Shown here: piece by piece, positions 39,352 through 50,282 of the stretch
How positions within the stretch are numbered: the first letter of the stretch is position 1
Layout: each line of letters opens with the position of its first letter
From: Dimorphilus gyrociliatus
Taxonomy: Eukaryota; Animalia; Annelida
Direction of reading: 5' to 3'
Length of the DNA stretch: 64,000 nucleotides
NCBI GenBank assembly: GCA_904063045.1
Contig: CAJFCJ010000001.1
Coordinates: 434,001-498,000, forward strand
Notes under the pieces: generated by a model
Databases searched by the model: none
What the model was told of the DNA's origin: nothing
Seen by the model: the letters and a program-made list of their open reading frames with translations, nothing else
Program-made: the position numbers and the translations under genes

Positions 39352-39937
39352 ATGAACAATGCAACTTTATCAAAGTATACTAAAGACTTTATAAATTGTA
39401 CAAGTAGAATAATTATATTACTAGTTTTCTCTTTATTAACTTATTCACGAAGAGGTTTTTGGGAAAATATTTACAAAAATTATGAATTATTCATACAAAT
39501 ATTTATTCATTTTTCTCTTAAGCTTTAATCTTGGAAAATGTAAGGATTATTAATTTCTTCTTTGATAAATTTCAATTGATAACGTTTACTTTCATTTTTT
39601 TCTTTTAACTAACCCTATTTTAGGTTATCGTCTAGATAGTATTCTAAATTCGGAGGATCAAAGGTTAAAACATCTCATTTCATATTTTTGAATAATTTAA
39701 TTTTATATTTACAAGTATTTATTTCTTTTTTTCAGGTCACTGTCTATTAAAGATTGTAGTATATGCAGTGATAGGTGGAGAGAAATAGCTTGTATGATTT
39801 TTGGTGTTGATGTTTGCTATACCAGACCGATTCGTAGAAAATCAGTAAAGAGAGGAGTTGGACTAGAATATTGCGCACTAACTGAAGGCTGCTCTTTAGA
39901 TGATGTTCCATGTATATTGAAACACTGTAGTGCTTAA
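39352..39937 (+). CDS. Predicted secreted 8-Cys prepropeptide (about 114 aa) with insulin/relaxin-like layout
   Basis: Exons 39352-39454, 39624-39663 and 39736-39937 join in frame (phases 1,2). Intron 1 has a CTAAC branch point and ends ttttag; intron 2 ends ttttttcag. The protein has a hydrophobic signal core (IIILLVFSLLTYS) and a 4-Cys and a second 4-Cys segment separated by RRKSVKR. ATTAAA lies at 39960. Confidence 0.65.
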
Positions 39938-40106
39938 ATTTCATGTCACGCTTCCCTTTATTAAATGAATATAGTTTACTGTAAATCCATAATAGATTAT
40001 CCCTAAAGAAAGTAAATGATAGGTTTTGGTAGTGCTTTTCTCTTATGAATAGATGATTCTTAATCGGTAAATAGCTCTTTTTCACCTAAGTGTCGGGAAA
40101 ATCAAA

Positions 40107-40997
40107 TCACGGAGAAGTATTAGGAATATCAGCCATAGAGATACTATAATCAAATTGATTAACTTGCGGTACTTCCATTGGAGTAGAGAAACATATTTCC
40201 GGCTCTTGTTCGTCGTAGTTCGGGGTGGTAGGTGGAGCTCGAAGAGAAGATAGCCGCCGACTATAACAATGCTTATACATTTGCTTAGACAGAACTGCTT
40301 CAGTGGAATAATTATTTAATTGTAATCTATATCTTTGATCAACTGTCTCAGGTGTTCTTATATGTTGACTATTTAATCTCGCACAAATCAGTGATCTTTC
40401 AATATCTTCTGTTCGCAGTTTATGCGTTTCTTTCAGTTTTTTCTTCTTTTTCATCCTCTTTTCAAATTCGGCTCGTTGTCTAGCTCTTATAACTAGTAAA
40501 TCGTCAACATCCTTTTGCGATGAACGCTCTGTGGAATCTAGGTAGAAACCTTCAAATGCTTCTTTACCATCTCTTTTCGGTTCGGCGAAAATCTGCGGTA
40601 GAATTAACTTATTCGATCGCTGACCTTGAAAGGTTGAAAAGGTATCGACCGGACAAGGAATAGGCTTCCCTAGAGGACTGACCGAAAAAGACGACTCATA
40701 TCTGGGCGGTCGGCGTAATACTTGCCTGACTAATGACCAATTTTCCTTGTCCTTCTCCAAGGAATATCCATGTTTGGGATAACCCAATAATATAGAATTA
40801 TTATGATTACTGTTTATCTTCTTCTTTGAGAACTTCCTTCCTCGGATTTCTTTGGGTAGATTTCCATTAATCTTATCTTCATCTCTTAAAATTTTAGGTA
40901 GAACAAGAGGCAAAAGCTTCGGCCTTTTCATTGATTCGTCAGAAATATCATACGAGAGGTCATCCTCCGCCAAATTATTATTAATCTTTCTCGCCAT
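40107..40997 (-). CDS. Uncharacterised basic, hydrophilic protein (296 aa)
   Basis: Uninterrupted ATG-initiated 891-nt ORF with coding-like composition between AT-rich flanks; no family recognised. Confidence 0.65.
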   Translation of the reverse strand: MARKINNNLAEDDLSYDISDESMKRPKLLPLVLPKILRDEDKINGNLPKEIRGRKFSKKKINSNHNNSILLGYPKHGYSLEKDKENWSLVRQVLRRPPRYESSFSVSPLGKPIPCPVDTFSTFQGQRSNKLILPQIFAEPKRDGKEAFEGFYLDSTERSSQKDVDDLLVIRARQRAEFEKRMKKKKKLKETHKLRTEDIERSLICARLNSQHIRTPETVDQRYRLQLNNYSTEAVLSKQMYKHCYSRRLSSLRAPPTTPNYDEQEPEICFSTPMEVPQVNQFDYSISMADIPNTSP

Positions 40998-41520
40998 CGA
41001 ATACCACCTAAGTAATTGATCATCGGCAACAAAATTTCGGCAGTATGTTATTAGAATTTAATCGAATTTATTCCTCTTTTAAATGCATTAATCGATTGGA
41101 ACGTTCGAACTAATTGACTACGAACGATTGAATATGCCCCCTTATGCAAATAGACTTTTCGTATAAAGTATTTGCTGTCTACCTAATTTCCCTATTGTTA
41201 GTTAAGCAATAGTGTGAATCGCTCTCGAAAATTTTACCTTTAACATAGGATTTTCGCAATAGATACTTGGACGTCTGTCTAACGCCTAAACGATCTCGCA
41301 AAAATATTCGATAAACTGGCTCCATCTACTGACTAATGAAACGAAAAAAAACACTCTGTCACAGTTCCATTACACTATTTTTATTCCTTTATTCCTTTTT
41401 TTTAAATATATATTAATATTTTGTCAAAAATAGCATTTAATTTTAAAAATTTAATAAATTGACTATACAAGCTTTCAACTACTCTCCATGCGGGTTATCG
41501 CTTATCCTATTACACGTTTC

Positions 41521-41741
41521 CTAAGTTGGACAGCACTTCTTCTTTCCTGCAGGTTTCTTTAATTGCACAGCACTTTGACCGGCAACCACTCTTTTAGTTT
41601 TAGGCATCCGTCGACCTGAAAAGATAACAGCAGTACAAATTTTTGAAAGTTAATCTTAAATGGAAACACATGTTTTCGCTTCATTAAATAGCAAACAAAA
41701 AAGAGGATAAGAAACGAATAAGAGAATAGAGAGAATGAGCT

Positions 41742-41772
<31 letters not shown>

Positions 41773-44700
41773 CGTACATACAGAGACAGAGAGAGACATC
41801 AGGGAAAATAGAAATAAAGGTCGTGGGATAAGGAAGGAGAGAAGAGGTTTATGATTTATTGTTATTACAGATTTAACCCAAAAACATTTCTTACATATTT
41901 CATCAAATAATTCCTTTATGTTCTCGTCATTTTTTGCACTAGTTTCCATAAATATTCCATTAACTGCATCCGCTTCGGCTTTACCGACTAGGAGAGAAGA
42001 AGGGAACATTATAAGGAATATAATATTTTGCATAAATGTATATATTTATATATATATATATATATATATATAAATATGTATTTAATTCGGTATCTTATTG
42101 CAATTTTGAAGGTGTCAGTAAATAAAAAGAAAAAATTATATTTACGATGCAAATATAACATTTTTTAAGCCACGTGACATAATAAAAAAATTATATGCAA
42201 ATAAGAGAAAAAAAATATTTATACTGACTGTGGGTTGCAATTTTTCGTTGGTCTTTCATATCCGATTTATTACCGCTTATTGCTAGAACAATATCAGCTG
42301 GACCTTGTTTATGCAATTCATCGATCCAATATCTCAGAGTTTGAAAGGACGACTGTCGAAAAGGATATTAGCAGCCATTAATTATTTAGAAGGGAAAACT
42401 TACGGCTTGTGTAATGTCATAAGCAATTATGGCAGCTTGAGCCCCTCTATAATACATAGGCGCCAACGATCTGTACTGGAAAAAATAGCGGAAAAACTGT
42501 TTAGAGTTTTAGCTTATCCCAAGGGATTTTTTTCTCGGGTATATTATCTGTTTTTTTTTTTTACCTTCTCCTGACCCGCTGTATCCCATATTTGCAATTT
42601 GAATTGAGTATCATCCACCACAATTACCCTTGTCAGGAAAGCCGCCCTGTTTATAATCAATTATATGAATGTATAAATTCATGCTGTATGCATAGTATAT
42701 CATACAATATACATGGTATATTTTATATCTATTTACATACGATATTATACTTTATATACTGTCTATAACATTTTCTATAACATATAAAATAAGCATAAAA
42801 CTAACCCAATAGTTGACTCTGCTCTTGAATTAAAGGAATCCTGAACGAATCTATGAGCTAAACAGGATTTACCTACTCCAGAATCCTATATAAATAGTAA
42901 TATAAATAACAATAATAACAATATAACAATAAGAATATTATCAATAATATTCTTAATATATTTTTTTTTTATCAAAAACAGTTTATTTCAATATTCTTTT
43001 TTTTAAAAAAAAAGAAAAATAATTAAAAAAATAAAAACGTCAATTACGATTGTTTATAAAATTGGTATAGTTAGTAAAATTATATATTTGTTGTATCGGT
43101 GTTATATTTCTTTGTTTTTCTCCTAAAGAAAATCAAACGAAAGAAATACACCCTCCTTAGAAAGAGAAAGATCATAAATAAGGTCTTCTGAACAAGATAC
43201 GAACCCCAAAATACATAAATTGATATAACGCTAAGGACTGTATAGTAAAGACCGAGCGGTAACTCGCACTGTTTTTTGTGTTTTACTTCATCATATATGT
43301 AATTGAATCCTATATCCTCTTCATATACTTCCCTAACCGGTACAGGCTTATTTAGAATGGCGGCCAGGTTATCATCGTTAAAATCGTCATATTTCGATGG
43401 TGTGAATCCAAATTTTTTCTTCTTCGCTTCCACTGTAAATTTCTTTAATTTCAAATCGTTTATACGTTTTAAATGTATGTCAGATGAGTTCCCTTCCTTA
43501 AAAATTTCACCCTCAATCATTTTCGCTGGGTTAAATTCATTTTTAACAGTTTCACTTTTGAATTTTCCGCCTTCTAACGGATAGTTTGATATATTATTAT
43601 TTCTAGAATGAATCAGATTATTAGAATTTCGTAGACTCTCTCTCTCAGACATTAAAATTGAATTTGTCTCAAAACTTTTCCCTAGTTTCCTCCCTTCCGA
43701 TAATTTATTCCTAGCAACAGGCATCGTTTTTAAATTGTGGTACGGAGTCTTTCCAAGTCTATGATTAGTTAATTTACCCTTTTTATATGATTTATTTTGA
43801 GATTTCGTATTATTCCTTATCCGCTTATAATTTATTGTATTATTTTGACGTCGATTAATGAATTTTCCTTCTCTCCCTTTCGGTTTGAGTTTAGATGCAT
43901 TGGGTGGAATATCAGCACTTTTTCCATCAACCTGTCCTTTTCTCATCATATTATATTGCCCCCACTGCTTCTTTCGTTCTTTGCCTATAGGTTTTCTATT
44001 GGGGTTCGCTAAAGATAAGTCTCTAATTTTTCGATCAAGACCTTTCTTCGGCGCTTTCGCTATGCTCTCCAATTGCCTTTTATACTTTTTAATTGGTTGC
44101 CTCCCAATAAGCGAAACTAATAAATCAGTCTTTTGAAATTGAACGAATTGACCATCAGTTGAGGATACACTACAAAGATCTCTGACGAACACAGGATCCA
44201 AAGATATTTTTATGTCATAAGATATTTGATCAAATTTAAGTGAAATCTGAAGAATTTCCCTTTCTACAAAGTCAGCTTGAAATGATCTTACTGGTTGAGC
44301 TTTGTTGTTAATAATATAAATAACATCTAATTCTGAAGAAGAGATTGGAAAAGTTATATTAGCTAATTGATTATTTCGGTATATAGAAGATTTTGGGGAT
44401 TGTCCATGGACAATTGTATAAAACATTTCGGAATTTCCGGCAGTTAATCCTTTATAATCCTTCCAATCTTTTTCCTTCCAACCACTCTCTAAATTTTCAA
44501 AATATACTTGCACATGCTCAAGTTTTGAAGTCTCTCGCAAAACTATTCTATCATAGATAATAGCCATGTTTTTACTAGCTAATAAAGATCTTTGAACAGA
44601 TTTTAAGCCTAAAGCTAAATCGTAAGTTTCAACTAACTCTGCTCTAGAATAAACGTAACCTTTACGCTCTAACCCAATTAATAATTCCCCTTTGGGTAAT

Positions 44701-46860
44701 TTTGAGAACTGGGGGCAGGAGCCCAATTGACCAGCTATAGTCCCGTAGCAGTTGGGCTTCAAAGAAGGTGAGAAGGCCATCGTTAGATCAGTTCCAGTTA
44801 TAAAAACATTGTGCTGAAAAGATAATATTATTGATCCTTGTTGGCGTTTTCGAAGCCTCGGTTTAGAAAATTGATCAATGGAATACTTTCCTTTTGCTAT
44901 TAAGTCAGTAATTTGTTGTCCCATAGGATTCCCAGCAAAAGTATATACAAACAAATCGTCTGTAACTGAACTAAAGACACCTCTATCCGAAAAGAAATAG
45001 AACGAATTTTTTGCTGGTTTAGGAGCCGGAAGAGGCTGTTTATAATAAATATATTCCATCCAGAGAGAACCAAAGTCTGTATGTCTCAGTCGCGCAGAAA
45101 TGATTGCCCTATTGTCCCTAATTGAATCGACAAGATCATTCATTGATGAGTCTTTTAAAATTCGGGAACTCATGAGAGCAAGTTGATATCCAGGACCTAG
45201 CGTCCAAGATTCTCTATACGTTTCTGGAGATTCTTTTAAAATTGGAACAACTACATACTTGTAAAGTAGACTATGCATTCTTGACCAATAGATGAACAGA
45301 TATTTTGATTGGAAATGACGATTAACCAAAGTCAAAAACTTTAATAATGTACCCGAAATATCAAGGAATTCTCTCATATTTGCTGCACCTGGTATGGAAC
45401 CGTCTTTAACGTTTTTAAGTACATGTAAACAACTTTCAAGATGAGAATTTGCAGCCAATTGCCATTTATATGAATTGGGAGCGTTCGGTATGATTATTGA
45501 GCTTACTAGTAGAGATAAATAACTACGTAAGGTTCTCGCATTCAACAGTTTTTTAGACCAAGGACAATTAGGCTTTAAGATTTCGCGATATAAATTATCG
45601 GCTTCAACTTGTATCTTGTTCAAATAGATAGATTTTTCTTTTTTCGGAAGGTTTGCATTTCCTAGAATAAAATCTGCGGCAGTTGCAAAAGACAACAGAA
45701 CTGTTCCGCTGTATTCATCTGATTCATTATTTTTATCTAAAGACCAACGATCAAGACCAGATAATCTATTGAAATACTGAACTACCTGATTTAATGATCT
45801 CTGATCATTCTTTAAAAGTGAGAAGAAAGCCATAGTTGGTAAATTATCACTGTACCTTCTTCTCCAAGAATTAACATACGTTTCATAGTCGGTTGGTGGA
45901 AGAATAGACTCCCTCCACAGTAAAGGATTTTCCATTTCCATTGCAAGCATTTGGTGAACTTGAATAGATACTGTTCGTAACTCTCTCATATTTCCTACTT
46001 CATTAGCACCAAAATGCAAACGTGGGTAACCTGCTGGCCCACCCTTTGCCATTCCACCAATTTTACCATTACACCGACAAAACAATAGCACTACCAACGA
46101 CGAGAGATATAACATCCTAATATGTTCCATTAGAAACTGATTAGATTCGATATAAGACGAAAGCAACTGAATACGGAGCAAATATAACAAAATATCTATC
46201 CACGTCCCTCACAACGCTTCATTGATTACAAATCATACAAGGTTTAAAAACAAATTTCGGCCTTTTTTTGATCAATCGCTATTGATATTGAAAAAGAGCC
46301 TACCTATATTAAAGGGTATTTACTTTTATAAAAGTTATGATTGTTCATGAAGATAATGAAAAATGAAGAGTACATCCATTCTATCATTTCAACTTTCTCT
46401 GACTTTTCTTTCACGAGAAAATCGCTTATATTTCATAATAATGAAAATAGAAGAAAGGTAAAAGAAAACAACGAGTTGCATTTTAAAATATTGATATTTT
46501 CTTGTTGGTATATGACTAACCAAATGCCATGATTGATAGGGTTTTGCTAATGACTCCCTCAGAGATAAGAAAAATGAAGGAAGTAATTACCATACAACAG
46601 AGATTTCTATTATTATTTAAGGTAAAAACAAATATACAGAATCAACCAAATATATATAGTATATGTTTTTATATATTTAGTGCAAAGTATATCTTTCTAG
46701 AACAATAACCATAATTGACCTTCTTATTTTTATCTTTATGTATAAAAAAAACTCTTTACTTATATATTCTCTATTACTTTATTTATTGAGTAAAATAATC
46801 CACGTGATAACTTACCCCTAAAAGTACTACTTTAACATCAATAATTTTTCCCTGATTCAT
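41521..46860 (-). CDS. RAB22A: Rab5-family small GTPase, Rab22/Rab31-like (196 aa)
   Basis: Seven exons (46860-46816, 42885-42806, 42646-42565, 42475-42404, 42352-42229, 41987-41895, 41615-41521) are phase-consistent. Motifs: [62 protein letters not shown], and C-terminal CCPT. Confidence 0.9.
43080..46130 (-). CDS. Dermatan sulfate epimerase-like (DSE/DSEL family) protein, intronless, nested in Rab intron 1
   Basis: Signal sequence ([13 protein letters not shown]), then [44 protein letters not shown] and FSDRGV, collinear with recalled human DSE (HPMLYFSRAEV, YLPPWDP, GFATAYDF, VTDGS, QRHF, WFYGPESQL, FEDWGV). A long basic low-complexity region and a C-terminal TM helix follow. Confidence 0.85.
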   Translation of the reverse strand: MEHIRMLYLSSLVVLLFCRCNGKIGGMAKGGPAGYPRLHFGANEVGNMRELRTVSIQVHQMLAMEMENPLLWRESILPPTDYETYVNSWRRRYSDNLPTMAFFSLLKNDQRSLNQVVQYFNRLSGLDRWSLDKNNESDEYSGTVLLSFATAADFILGNANLPKKEKSIYLNKIQVEADNLYREILKPNCPWSKKLLNARTLRSYLSLLVSSIIIPNAPNSYKWQLAANSHLESCLHVLKNVKDGSIPGAANMREFLDISGTLLKFLTLVNRHFQSKYLFIYWSRMHSLLYKYVVVPILKESPETYRESWTLGPGYQLALMSSRILKDSSMNDLVDSIRDNRAIISARLRHTDFGSLWMEYIYYKQPLPAPKPAKNSFYFFSDRGVFSSVTDDLFVYTFAGNPMGQQITDLIAKGKYSIDQFSKPRLRKRQQGSIILSFQHNVFITGTDLTMAFSPSLKPNCYGTIAGQLGSCPQFSKLPKGELLIGLERKGYVYSRAELVETYDLALGLKSVQRSLLASKNMAIIYDRIVLRETSKLEHVQVYFENLESGWKEKDWKDYKGLTAGNSEMFYTIVHGQSPKSSIYRNNQLANITFPISSSELDVIYIINNKAQPVRSFQADFVEREILQISLKFDQISYDIKISLDPVFVRDLCSVSSTDGQFVQFQKTDLLVSLIGRQPIKKYKRQLESIAKAPKKGLDRKIRDLSLANPNRKPIGKERKKQWGQYNMMRKGQVDGKSADIPPNASKLKPKGREGKFINRRQNNTINYKRIRNNTKSQNKSYKKGKLTNHRLGKTPYHNLKTMPVARNKLSEGRKLGKSFETNSILMSERESLRNSNNLIHSRNNNISNYPLEGGKFKSETVKNEFNPAKMIEGEIFKEGNSSDIHLKRINDLKLKKFTVEAKKKKFGFTPSKYDDFNDDNLAAILNKPVPVREVYEEDIGFNYIYDEVKHKKQCELPLGLYYTVLSVISIYVFWGSYLVQKTLFMIFLFLRRVYFFRLIFFRRKTKKYNTDTTNI

Positions 46861-47338
46861 TCTCCCTTGTTAATTGCGAATTGGAGTGTCAATTGTGTTA
46901 ACTGTAATTAACAATTAATCAGTATTCAAGAGCTGACTAAAGATTTTTGCGGGGAGTAGACAAACATGGCGTACGGTCACATGATCTGGTGTGTTTTTTT
47001 TACACTTCGTATAAAATTAATTAGCCAAATTTGAAAACTATACTTTACCAATTGCTATTTACTGTCAACTATAAATAAGATAAAAAATTCTTTTGACCTT
47101 CACCTCTTATTTTCCAAGATATGAATTTTATAGATCAATTTTAGCTAGCGTTAACGAAAGTAGAGTTTATTTAATTACTCATCGAAGTTTACTATGCAGT
47201 TAGGCCAAAAGTGATATTTAAAAGATTACATCTATGCTTAATGTATTATGTCCTATAATTTATACTATACTTTCTTCGCATAGATTTTTCAAATATTAGC
47301 TATAACCACCGAAAGTAAGTCTTTGGAATAGCCACTTT

Positions 47339-47794
47339 TCAATTATCCTCATCATCTTCGTCGGCTTCCTCTTTCATCAGTTTCTTTGCCAGAGCTATAG
47401 ACTGCGCTTCGTTGTAATGCATCTTCCTTTTTTGCTCGAAAGCTTTGCGTTTTTTCATTTCTTCAGGAGTTTCAAATGGATTTTCTTTTGCAGATTTCAG
47501 AGGTGCATCCTTATTTGTGTCTAGAGCTTCGGTTAGTTGGTTGGGATCTATTGCTGATGACTGAGGCTGAATATTATACTCTTCATCGCTATCGAAACCT
47601 TTCGATCTTTCGAAAGGTGTTTTTGGCTCGTCAATCTTTTGAAAACCATAATCTTTGTTAGGTGGGTGATACGTTTCCAATATATTTCCCTCATCCCATT
47701 TCATATCCTTTCTTTCCATATGAACTTTTTCTTCAGATGATCTCGGTGTTTTAAGTATACTCTTTTTTGGCTCTTTATTATCTGATGAAGCCAT
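47339..47794 (-). CDS. PPP1R2: Protein phosphatase 1 inhibitor-2
   Basis: KSILK PP1-docking motif, KWDEGNILETYHPPNKDYGFQKIDEPKTPF, and FEQKRKMHYNE; intronless. Confidence 0.95.
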   Translation of the reverse strand: MASSDNKEPKKSILKTPRSSEEKVHMERKDMKWDEGNILETYHPPNKDYGFQKIDEPKTPFERSKGFDSDEEYNIQPQSSAIDPNQLTEALDTNKDAPLKSAKENPFETPEEMKKRKAFEQKRKMHYNEAQSIALAKKLMKEEADEDDEDN

Positions 47795-48428
47795 TTCTAA
47801 CGGTTCTATATTTAAATCTGTTTTAGAAAAATAGTTTAGCGAAAGTGCAAAATCACAATAATTCAGCCTAATGAATGACTTTGATTAATTCAATTTTGAC
47901 TGAAATAGGATTTGAATTTAAATGAAAATGTATTAAATTATGCACTAATGCACAAAAACAGGAAAAGCTTTATGAATAGCATTTATCCCTTTTTAGTTTC
48001 AAATTTATTGATTATGTAACATTGAAATGTAACGGAAGAAGCAACTGCATTGGAAATAATAACAACATTTTTTCATTCAGAATAATTTTGAGTTTTATCG
48101 ACATATGCACCGATTTTTCAATTGATTGTGATAGCATAAAACGTGCATTGAATTATAATATCCGTTATAAATTGTGCATTTCCAATTTCGATTGCACGAA
48201 AAAAAGAATAGAACGAAATTCTAGATATTTTACATATACTCTTATAGAATTCCTACTAGATCGATTTATTTGAAATAAATCTCAAAAGCTATTATAAAAA
48301 CCAAGCTACCAAAAGAAACTTCAATAAAATTTTACTTACACTGAGCAGTATTCAAGTTATGTATCTTCAAATGTTACTCGCCATTTACTTTGAACGGTAA
48401 TAACCGATCTTTGACCGGTTCTTATGGA

Positions 48429-48442
48429 ATTCTCTTGACAAC
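48429..48442 (+). promoter_or_regulatory. Candidate X-box (RFX site) upstream of BBS5
   Basis: ATTCTCTTGACAAC matches 12 of 14 positions of GTHNYYATRRNAAC and lies about 100 bp before the BBS5 ATG; BBS5 is an established RFX target gene. Confidence 0.5.
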
Positions 48443-48538
48443 AAATCACGACATACCATAATCCAATTGTTATTCGATTTTCATCACTATTTTGGACTGA
48501 CATTTCAGCGTTTTTCGTAAATTATATAAACAATTCCC

Positions 48539-50282
48539 ATGGAAGATTTGTGGCAAGACCGTGACGTTAGATTCGACGTTGCACCGCAGTTTGTTCAAAT
48601 TTGAGCGATATATAGATCACAACCAAACTATACCGCATATTTCAGGCAAATGAAAATGCGACCAGGAGAAAAGATAATTGACCAGCTGGAGTCGATAGAA
48701 GACACGAAAGGAAATAATGGCGATAAAGGCATAGTTTACTAACAATTACTTTACAGTAAACTTGATCCTATGTTTAATAAATATTTTTTTGTTCATCAGG
48801 ACGTCTAATTGTCACAAATCTACGAGTTATCTGGCATAGCAAATCTTTGCCAAGAGTAAATTTATGTAGTTATTTTTTCTATTTTTCAAAAACGCCTTAA
48901 AATAGATTTTTAATTAATTTCCTTTTTTTCCCTCTTTTTCTTTATAATTTAGCTATTGGTTATAATTGTATTATAAGTATGTCGTCCAAAACCGCCCAAT
49001 CTGTAAGTATTCTTATATTTATTATTAGAGGTAATACTAGAATATTTTACAAATATCAACTAACGTAACGTTTTTAGAGGTTTAGAAAGGAAATTTAATA
49101 TTTTACTCTATATACTTTCCTTCTTGATAGAAAATTCGAGGTGCCACTGAAGCTCTCTATGTTCTTACTAAATGTAAAAACACTCGCTTCGAATTCATAT
49201 TCACGAATCTAGTCCCCGGTTCGTCTCGATTGTTTACCTCAGTAATTGCTGTACACAGGTATACAAATGTTTACACAATTACCCCTATTCGTTTATCATA
49301 ACTAAAAACATCAACCAACCCACAGAGCCTATGAAACTTCTAAACTTTATAGAGATCTAAAATTACGCGGACCGCTAATCGACAATAAAACGTTACGTTT
49401 ATTGCCGCAGGAACAGGTGTATAGCAAAATAAACGGTGTATGGAATTTGTCATCCGATCAAGTAAGTCGACGTCTTAATTAATTTACGTCCGCTGCACGT
49501 GACAGTGTTAACCACAGGGTAGTCTGGGTACCTTTTATATAACGAACGTACGACTAGTTTGGCACGCCAACATGAACGAATCTTTTAATGTTAGCATTCC
49601 GTATTTACAAATGGTAATTATCATTTTATTTTCAGCCTTTATTGTTATAAAATTTGTTTTCATATTTACTTTATTATTGCACAAAGAAATCAGCAAGAAT
49701 TCGAGACTCCAAGTTTGGTTTAGCTTTTGTTATCGAAAGTTCACAGGCATCGGGTGCATACGTTCTGGGCTTTAGAATTGATCCAAGTGAACGTTTACAT
49801 GAAGTTTGTAAAGAGATACAATCTTTGCATAAAGTATATGCTGCGTGCCCGATGTTTGGGGTCCAATATGAATTGGATACAGGCGTAAGTTTTATTAGCT
49901 GTATACAAGCAAGAAACTAAAAGATTACCCTAACATACACATACAGCCTCAAAGCGTTGATGAACTAACAGTAGAGCCAGTACAGGACGATGTGCTAATA
50001 GAAAGCGGCGAGGATCAAAGTGATGCATTTGCTGTATGTATATACTGTACATCTTGTACAGACTATAGGCCCGATAAATTACTTTTCCTTACGTTTTTTG
50101 TATTCTTCCTATCCTAATTTTTTCCGACAAAATCTTAAAGTTTTTCCTCTCTTTAGGCATACTTTGCCGATGGCAACAAACAAACGGATAGAGATCCCGT
50201 TTATTCTGATGAATTAGGCCTAGCCATCGAAAAGTTAGCCGACGGTTTTACATTACGCCAACTTTGGCAGGTCGTCGATTGA
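48539..50282 (+). CDS. BBS5: Bardet-Biedl syndrome 5 protein (BBSome subunit)
   Basis: Ten exons spell [89 protein letters not shown] and [21 protein letters not shown]. Confidence 0.97.
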
